From an uncultured Candidatus Saccharibacteria bacterium (GTDB taxonomy: Bacteria > Patescibacteriota > Saccharimonadia > Saccharimonadales > EFPC-124): a stretch of 64,000 nt of DNA. Of the stretch, positions 58,389-64,000 are shown piece by piece (positions within the stretch are counted from its first letter, which is position 1; every line of letters begins with the position of its first letter). The stretch lies in NCBI GenBank assembly GCA_965225085.1, contig CBDDBE010000001.1:1641-65640 (forward strand), read 5' to 3'. Made by a program: the position numbers and the translations under genes. Under the pieces are notes generated by a model that was not told where the DNA came from, searched no databases, and saw nothing but the letters and a program-made list of their open reading frames with translations.

Positions 58389-59537
58389 TTATGCCAATGA
58401 TTGTACACAGTTGATGATAATATCAGCGGCTTTGGCAATGTCGCCAGGCGTTGTCGGCGCGCCAATGGACAGCCGCAGGCTACCTTGCAAAAGCTCATCA
58501 GCTAGGCCGCAGGCCAGCAGGACATGTGAAGCCGTTTGCTTGTTGGCTGCGCAGGCTGACCCAGTGGCCGCCATGACGCCGCGTTCATCCAGCAGCATTA
58601 CCAATCGCTCACCATCGATGCCGGGCCAGGACAGATGCAAAATACTCGGCAAATGCCGCTTTGGATTGCCATTTACCACCGTCTGGGGCAGAGCATCCAC
58701 GATACGGCGCAGCAGCTCGTCGCGCAGTGCTGCGTATTTGGATGCAGCTTCATGCTTGTCCTCCTGGACCAGATCGAGCGCTGTCGCAAAACCGATAATA
58801 CCCGCAACGTTCTCAGTACCTGATCGCACGCCGTTTTCCTGGCCCCCACCATGCAGCAGTGAATGCAGGCGCGTGCCGGCCTTGATATACAAAATACCCG
58901 TTTGCTTGGGCCCGTATATCTTGCCGCCGTTCAAGGTCATGAGGTCCACCCCCAGCCGCGAGGTGTGTAGGTCCAAATACCCAGCAGCTTGCGAGGCATC
59001 AGTATGCAGATACAGCGGCAGCTCGTTTCCAGCCTTGCGGCGCTGCTCGCGAATGGCGCGAACCATTTGGCCAATCTGTGGCAATGGTTGGATCGTGCCA
59101 ATTTCGTTGTTGGCGATAGCAATGCTCAGCAGGACTGTCGTGTCGTCGATGAGCTGCCCCAAGGCGTCCATATCAATGCTACCATTTTGAGCAACAGGGG
59201 CAATGCGATGAGTATATGCAGCAGCCGAATTCAACACCGCATCATGCTCGGTGCCGAGCACAACCAGCGACGCATCTGGAAACTCATGCATAACGCCGTG
59301 AATCGCGATATTGATCGATTCGGTTGCACCAGCGGTAAACACAACCTCGCTGCTACGCGCGCCTAGCCAAAACGCCACTCGCGAGCGAGCGTCCTCGATA
59401 TCACGCTTGATGTGCCTGGCGGCCATATACGGACTTGAGGGGTTGTAAAACTCCTCTGTCAGATACGGCTCCATACCCAGGCGAACGCGCGGATCGCACG
59501 GCGTTGCCGCCGCGTAGTCCAAATAAATACTATCCAT
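58389..59537 (-). CDS. cysteine desulfurase (class V aminotransferase, NifS/IscS family)
   Basis: IYLDYAAATP, HTDASQA, SGTENV, ATGSACAA active-site Cys. Confidence 0.9.
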   Translation of the reverse strand: MDSIYLDYAAATPCDPRVRLGMEPYLTEEFYNPSSPYMAARHIKRDIEDARSRVAFWLGARSSEVVFTAGATESINIAIHGVMHEFPDASLVVLGTEHDAVLNSAAAYTHRIAPVAQNGSIDMDALGQLIDDTTVLLSIAIANNEIGTIQPLPQIGQMVRAIREQRRKAGNELPLYLHTDASQAAGYLDLHTSRLGVDLMTLNGGKIYGPKQTGILYIKAGTRLHSLLHGGGQENGVRSGTENVAGIIGFATALDLVQEDKHEAASKYAALRDELLRRIVDALPQTVVNGNPKRHLPSILHLSWPGIDGERLVMLLDERGVMAATGSACAANKQTASHVLLACGLADELLQGSLRLSIGAPTTPGDIAKAADIIINCVQSLA

Positions 59538-59543
59538 CTTACT

Positions 59544-59978
59544 CTATATTGTAGCAGCTGCGGCTGAAAGTTTGTGCCCTGTTGCAGGGTCTAGGCGGTA
59601 AACGTTCTGCATGACTTGCTGGCGGTACATGCGAGTGGCAATTGCCAAGTTACGCAGCTCCTCACCCTCGACAACCGTGTATGGCTGGCCGTCTTGCACT
59701 TTCAGGATGCCGTGTGGGTGCACTTCATAGCGCGTGGTCATTTGGCGAGGCTTACCAGATGCTTCGTCGATCCATTCCTCGTACCATATCCAGGTGTGAT
59801 CATCCAGGCAAAAGAACTCGCGGCGATGCTTCGCGGGTATTGGACCGAACACTTGTGAGCCCACTTTGGATTCCATACGAATAAGATCACGACTTGTGAG
59901 TTTACGCAGCCTGGACTTGAGCCGTGGATGCGGCTCTGTTCCGGTGATAAGTTTGACTGTTTTGCTCCAGATAGACAT
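59544..59978 (-). CDS. hypothetical protein
   Basis: 144-aa ORF starting 6 nt after... it lies immediately upstream of the desulfurase gene. No family recognised. Confidence 0.55.
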   Translation of the reverse strand: MSIWSKTVKLITGTEPHPRLKSRLRKLTSRDLIRMESKVGSQVFGPIPAKHRREFFCLDDHTWIWYEEWIDEASGKPRQMTTRYEVHPHGILKVQDGQPYTVVEGEELRNLAIATRMYRQQVMQNVYRLDPATGHKLSAAAATI

Positions 59979-59986
59979 AACGTTTC

Positions 59987-60316
59987 CTATGCCGCTAGGC
60001 TAACATCCTGCCGGGTTAGCCTAGCCTTGCGGACGTCCGATATTGCGATGCCATCGTCCAAAATCCCACGCAGCAACTCCCGCTCAGTCTCGAGCGCCTC
60101 AGCCTTCTGCGCTGCGGCCTCGACACCCTCCTGCCTTTGCTGGTCAAGCAGTTCATGCACCATACGAGTCTCGGCCTCGGCGCTAAGGGCTAGTTCCTCG
60201 GGGTCAGGCCTGCGCAGCTCGAACTCGGGATTGGCATGCAAAACATGCCGATCAGATGAAGTCTCGGGTGTAATGGCAGGGTCGTAGTTGGGTTGGGATT
60301 GGGATAGAAAATCCAT
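59987..60316 (-). CDS. hypothetical acidic coiled-coil-like protein
   Basis: 109-aa Glu/Leu-rich ORF, 8 nt upstream of the next gene. Confidence 0.5.
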   Translation of the reverse strand: MDFLSQSQPNYDPAITPETSSDRHVLHANPEFELRRPDPEELALSAEAETRMVHELLDQQRQEGVEAAAQKAEALETERELLRGILDDGIAISDVRKARLTRQDVSLAA

Positions 60317-60369
60317 AATGTGTAAATCTCTCGCTTTATCTGTCGTATCTGCAATTAGAAATTTGGATT

Positions 60370-61398
60370 TTATAGAGAAAAGAGGCGTCGCGCGTTCAAT
60401 ACTGTGTGGTGTGCTAGCTCATCAATGGGTTCCTGGCGAAGATCGCTCAAAAACTCAGCAACGAGCAACACTCGCGCAGGCTCGTTCACTTTACCACGGA
60501 GTGGCCTCGGTGTCAAGAAGGGTGCATCTGTTTCTAGCAGCAATCGGTCGAGCGGTATACGGCGCGCGACCTCGAGTTGCCAGTCGTTACCAGTGAAGGT
60601 CATGATGCCGTTCACTCCTATGAACAGCCCTCGCGTAAGCGCCTTGTCCAGGTTCTGCGTGGTGTCGGTAAAACTATGCAGCTCGCCCCTAACCCCTGTA
60701 TAGCTATCAAATATTGGCCAAAAGTCGTCAAATGCGTCACGGACATGGAAAATCATCGGCAAATCATACTCTAATGCCAGCTCTATCTGGTATCTCAGCG
60801 CTCGTTCTTGATCTTCCTTCGACGAATGACCATAAAAGTAATCAAGCCCGCATTCGCCGATGGCGACGATTTTGCCTTGGCGAGCAGTAACTTCCGAGCG
60901 CCAGCCGGGAGTGGCTCGCCGCGGGGCAGCGCCCGCTTCGCCCGCAGCTAGCGAGGACGAAGAAGGGGCGGACGGCGAGACGAGGCTCGCGGTGTCCTTG
61001 AGGAGCGAGGTTGGCAACGCTGGCTTGCGCAAGTCTTCGGCCGCGGGTCCTGCCTCCTCGTCCGCCCCTTCTTTTTCGATGAGTACATCAAAAAAGCGGG
61101 CGCTGCCCCGCGAGGAGTCACCCGTTTCCAATCGCGTGCTGCTCTCAGCTTCGACCAAACCACGAATCGCCTTGAGTGGTTCGGTTCCGTATTTGGCTTC
61201 ATGTGGATGCTGGCCCACGCTCGCCCAGCTATTCGGACGATTCATGACGAATTCAACCGCTCGACGGCTGTCATCCGCATCCGTCCCAACGCAAATCATC
61301 TGAGTAACGCCTGCCTCGCGACAATGCTGGTCTACCTCTGCTATATCCAGCGGATAATCAGCCGAATGAATATGGCAGTGCGTATCGATAAGCTGCAT
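60370..61398 (-). CDS. tatD: TatD family metal-dependent hydrolase with an ~88-aa internal insertion
   Basis: MQLIDTHCHI, GQHPHEA, AIGECGLDY, MIFHVRDA, HSFT and LLETDAPFL are TatD motifs. 342 aa against a typical ~255. The start overlaps the metG stop (TGATG). Confidence 0.85.
   Translation of the reverse strand: MQLIDTHCHIHSADYPLDIAEVDQHCREAGVTQMICVGTDADDSRRAVEFVMNRPNSWASVGQHPHEAKYGTEPLKAIRGLVEAESSTRLETGDSSRGSARFFDVLIEKEGADEEAGPAAEDLRKPALPTSLLKDTASLVSPSAPSSSSLAAGEAGAAPRRATPGWRSEVTARQGKIVAIGECGLDYFYGHSSKEDQERALRYQIELALEYDLPMIFHVRDAFDDFWPIFDSYTGVRGELHSFTDTTQNLDKALTRGLFIGVNGIMTFTGNDWQLEVARRIPLDRLLLETDAPFLTPRPLRGKVNEPARVLLVAEFLSDLRQEPIDELAHHTVLNARRLFSL
60912..61121. repeat. ~210-bp imperfect palindrome embedded in frame in tatD
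   Basis: Perfect arm segments 60923-60938 ggggcagcgcccgctt / 61094-61109 aagcgggcgctgcccc (16 bp) and 60960-60974 aagaaggggcggacg / 61059-61073 cgtccgccccttctt (15 bp). Both pairs share a symmetry centre near 61016. The flanks pair imperfectly. Confidence 0.65.
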
Positions 61399-62912
61399 CA
61401 GGCGCTGGCGGATGGATTCGGAACTTGCGGTGCAGCAGTAGCTGGTGGTTTGGGCTGGGCTGGGTCAGGCGTATGATTGTAGATCTTTGGGAACAAGACG
61501 CCTTTGTACGACGAAATATTGCCCTCGCCAAAGATCTTAGTAATAGCCTCGCTGGTGGTTGGCAGGAACGGCCACAGTAGTTGCGCAATTTGCAACAAAC
61601 CGCTCGCGGCTGTCGCCAAAATCTCCTGCAGATGCTGATCGTCGCCCTTCTTGGCAACTTCCCAAGGCTTGACCTCCTCCAGGTACACATTCAGCTCGCG
61701 AATCTTCATCCACAGGTGATCAAGCGAGCGGTCAAATCGCATTGACTTTAGTTCACCGTAAAATATCTGACTATCGTGTTTGGGCTTGGGCAGCTCACCG
61801 ATAACGCCGTTTTGGTAGCGGGTAATCATGCTGGCGACCCGCTGCACCAGATTGCCCAGCTCGTTGCCCAGCTCGTTGTTGTAGGCTAGCTCGAACTTCT
61901 CCCACGTAAAGTCGCCGTCCTCGATGGTCGGGATGTGGCGCAGGAAGAAGTATCGAAAGGCGTCCACCCCGTAAGCGTCGATCACCTGGATCGGGTCGAT
62001 CACATTACCAATGCTCTTGCTCATCTTGGCGCCACCGGTCAGAACGTGACCGTGCACCAGCAAAACCTTCTCGAGCGGCAAGTCAAGTGCAATAAGCATA
62101 GCTGGCCAGATTGCAGCATGAAAGCGCAGAATGTCCTTGCCAATGACATGGACATCGGCTGGCCAAAACTTCTGGAAGTTCTCACCGTCAGGATAGCCGA
62201 GTACGCTCACGTAATTGATGAGCGCCTCGAACCACACATACATGACGTGCTCAGAGTCGCCAGGCACGGGAATGCCCCAGCTGAGATGTTTGCGAGGCCG
62301 TGAGATGCTGATATCCTCGAGGCCTTTTTCGATCAGCTGCAGGATTTCGTGCTTGCGAAATTCCGGCACAATCTTTAGCTCGCCAGCGGTCAGCGCGTCC
62401 TTTATCTGGTCCCCAAAGGCGCTGAGCTTGAAGAAATAATTCTCTTCGCTGAGCTTTTGGTAGGGGCGTTTGTGAACGGGGCACTCGCCATTAGTCTCGG
62501 TCGCCTCGCGGGCAGTCACGAATGCTTCCTCGCCCGAGCAGTACCAGCCCTCGTACGTTGACTTGTAAATATACTTTTCTTGCAGCTGCGTCCAGATGAG
62601 CTGCGCAGCCTTTTCGTGGTGCTCGTCGGTCGTGCGAATGAAATCAGTGTAGCTAATGCCCAGCCGCTTCAAAAACTCGTGCCATGCCGGCACCACAGAA
62701 TCAGCATATTCTTTAGGTGATTTACCGGCTTCTTCGGCCTTGGCGGCGATCTTGGTGCCATGCTCGTCAGTGCCTACCTCGAAGAATACATCGTCGCCCA
62801 TCTGTCGATGATACCGCGCCAGGACGTCGCTAAGCATGTAGTCCATAGCGTGGCCGATGTGTGGTTTATCGTTGACGTATGGGATCGCCGTGGCGACATA
62901 AAATTTCTTCAT
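61398..62912 (-). CDS. metG: methionine--tRNA ligase
   Basis: HIGH (PHIGHA) and KMSKS motifs. 504 aa with a Pro/Ala-rich C-terminal tail. Confidence 0.94.
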   Translation of the reverse strand: MKKFYVATAIPYVNDKPHIGHAMDYMLSDVLARYHRQMGDDVFFEVGTDEHGTKIAAKAEEAGKSPKEYADSVVPAWHEFLKRLGISYTDFIRTTDEHHEKAAQLIWTQLQEKYIYKSTYEGWYCSGEEAFVTAREATETNGECPVHKRPYQKLSEENYFFKLSAFGDQIKDALTAGELKIVPEFRKHEILQLIEKGLEDISISRPRKHLSWGIPVPGDSEHVMYVWFEALINYVSVLGYPDGENFQKFWPADVHVIGKDILRFHAAIWPAMLIALDLPLEKVLLVHGHVLTGGAKMSKSIGNVIDPIQVIDAYGVDAFRYFFLRHIPTIEDGDFTWEKFELAYNNELGNELGNLVQRVASMITRYQNGVIGELPKPKHDSQIFYGELKSMRFDRSLDHLWMKIRELNVYLEEVKPWEVAKKGDDQHLQEILATAASGLLQIAQLLWPFLPTTSEAITKIFGEGNISSYKGVLFPKIYNHTPDPAQPKPPATAAPQVPNPSASA

Positions 62913-63033
62913 TTGAGGTAGCTCCCTCGAGCTTTGGTTAGTAATAACAGTTTACATTGTAGCAGAATATTGCCAAGATAAAGTGGCGATCGTATCGTAT
63001 CGCGCGAGTCCACGCAGCACAAATGGAGAAAAC

Positions 63034-63216
63034 ATGGACGAAAGCATGCCCCCAAGACTTCTCAAGCCATCGGAGGCCGCAAAGGTGTTGGATGTCGATA
63101 CCGACACTCTACGACGCTGGGCGGATGCAGGCAAACTGTGGTACACCACAACTTTGGGCGGACTTCGGCGCTATAGCAGGGACGAGATCTACGCGATCCG
63201 TGACAACAAGCAGTAG
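63034..63216 (+). CDS. helix-turn-helix DNA-binding protein (excisionase/MerR-type HTH_17)
   Basis: LLKPSEAAKVLDVDTDTLRRWADAGKLWYTTTLGGLRRYSRDEI. SD ggagaa plus ATG 63034; the ORF is open from 62983. Confidence 0.7.
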   Translation: MDESMPPRLLKPSEAAKVLDVDTDTLRRWADAGKLWYTTTLGGLRRYSRDEIYAIRDNKQ

Positions 63217-63293
63217 AAGCCCCCGGTTTCACCTCGAGGCGATACAGGCAACATGTGGCGCAGCAAGCACGCTCAAGCAAACCAGGAGGCACT

Positions 63294-63752
63294 ATGAGCG
63301 CCCCACAACGCCCGCAATTCATTGCGGCAAGGGAAGCGCAAAGTAAACTCGGGCTCGGCGAACGCCAGTTCGAAGCCCTAAACGACTGTCTGCCGTACGT
63401 CGAACTACCTGGCGCCGTCCGAGTATACCCGATCAGCTGTCTCAGCGAGCTCATCGAGAAACGAATCGCATCCAAGCGCGATGAGGTTCGAAAGCTTTTC
63501 GAGAGCGCAGTCGGTAGAAAGATGATTGGCTCCGCCCAACGAGGCCTCGAACGAAAACTGCGCTATCACGCCGGTACGTCGGGAAAGCTCGACGCTAGGC
63601 AGATTGCAAATAGCTTCGGCGTTCTGCACCTAGTCGTCGAGAGATGGCAGGCCAACAGCCTACTCCTGCCGCTCAGCGGCGATCCAAGCCAGCCGTTCAT
63701 GCTAGGGGTCGTCCTGAAATGCTACGTCTGGCACAATGTTCCAGACCATTAG
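63294..63752 (+). CDS. hypothetical protein with an N-terminal excisionase-like HTH
   Basis: SD aggagg plus ATG 63294. FIAAREAQSKLGLGERQFEALNDCLPYVELPGAVRVYPISCLSELIE. Confidence 0.55.
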   Translation: MSAPQRPQFIAAREAQSKLGLGERQFEALNDCLPYVELPGAVRVYPISCLSELIEKRIASKRDEVRKLFESAVGRKMIGSAQRGLERKLRYHAGTSGKLDARQIANSFGVLHLVVERWQANSLLLPLSGDPSQPFMLGVVLKCYVWHNVPDH

Positions 63753-63757
63753 CCTTC

Positions 63758-63797
63758 GGTCGCAGCCAGCCCATCAAACAGGTGGGCGGCTGCGACC
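63758..63797. terminator. perfect 10-bp GC hairpin between convergent genes
   Basis: ggtcgcagcc ... ggctgcgacc. Confidence 0.45.
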
Positions 63798-63806
63798 CAG
63801 CAAAAA

Positions 63807-64000
63807 CTATCCTTTCAACCGTGCAAAAAGCGCAAAACGCCCTTCGGGCTCACCAGTTCGGACCGATCGATAGTGCGAGAAATACTCATCCGACGCGGCG
63901 GTGTTGACTGGACAGACTTCGATATGCTCCGGCAGCACGCCAGCCTCGATAAACCGCTGACGATTATACCCCGGCAAATCCACGCCCATGCCCTTATCAT
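63807..64000 (-). CDS. pgeF: peptidoglycan editing factor PgeF / YfiH (DUF152) C-terminal fragment; N-terminus beyond the window
   Basis: ...RQRFIEAGVLPEHIEVCPVNTAASDEYFSHYRSVRTGEPEGRFALFARL matches the YfiH C-terminal pattern (L..aGv....I...T....fFSyRR....GR). Confidence 0.65.
   Translation of the reverse strand, partial: DKGMGVDLPGYNRQRFIEAGVLPEHIEVCPVNTAASDEYFSHYRSVRTGEPEGRFALFARLKG

Noticed and set aside
60860-61303. 147-aa plus-strand ORF antisense to tatD
   Set aside because: It is a mirror-image product of the palindromic insertion, which keeps both strands open. tatD motifs on the minus strand explain the region.

Overview
This 64-kb window is a gene-dense bacterial chromosomal segment, about 90% coding, with many 1-14 nt gene overlaps. 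It is dominated by housekeeping genes. Repair: uvrA, uvrC, sbcB, ruvX. Translation: alaS, metG, mnmA, trhO, rplY/ctc, obg and two tRNA-Leu genes. Glycolysis: eno, gpmA. Envelope and division: ftsA, mltG, a LysM/CHAP hydrolase, PAP2, DedA, secG, an Lnt-like acyltransferase and pgeF. Transport: a CopB-type P-type ATPase, an MsbA-like ABC exporter and an orphan family-5 solute-binding protein. Regulators: two MarR genes and one ECF sigma with a putative anti-sigma. I saw no rRNA, CRISPR array, transposase or integrase. The short AlaRS and UvrC and the compact operons suggest a reduced-genome bacterium, possibly Patescibacteria/Saccharibacteria-like; this is an inference only. Four observations stand out. 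(1) A ~780-bp ORF-free gap between obg and sbcB holds two tandem units, each with its own promoter and terminator, that look like structured ncRNAs I could not assign to a known class. (2) A ~210-bp imperfect palindrome sits in frame inside tatD and accounts for an ~88-aa insertion, reminiscent of Rickettsia palindromic elements. (3) About 20 G+C-richer orphan ORFs, each with its own SD and a GC-rich hairpin, are wedged between conserved genes. (4) A structured leader lies upstream of the LysM/CHAP hydrolase, whose reading frame stays open and protein-like upstream of the first canonical start codon.
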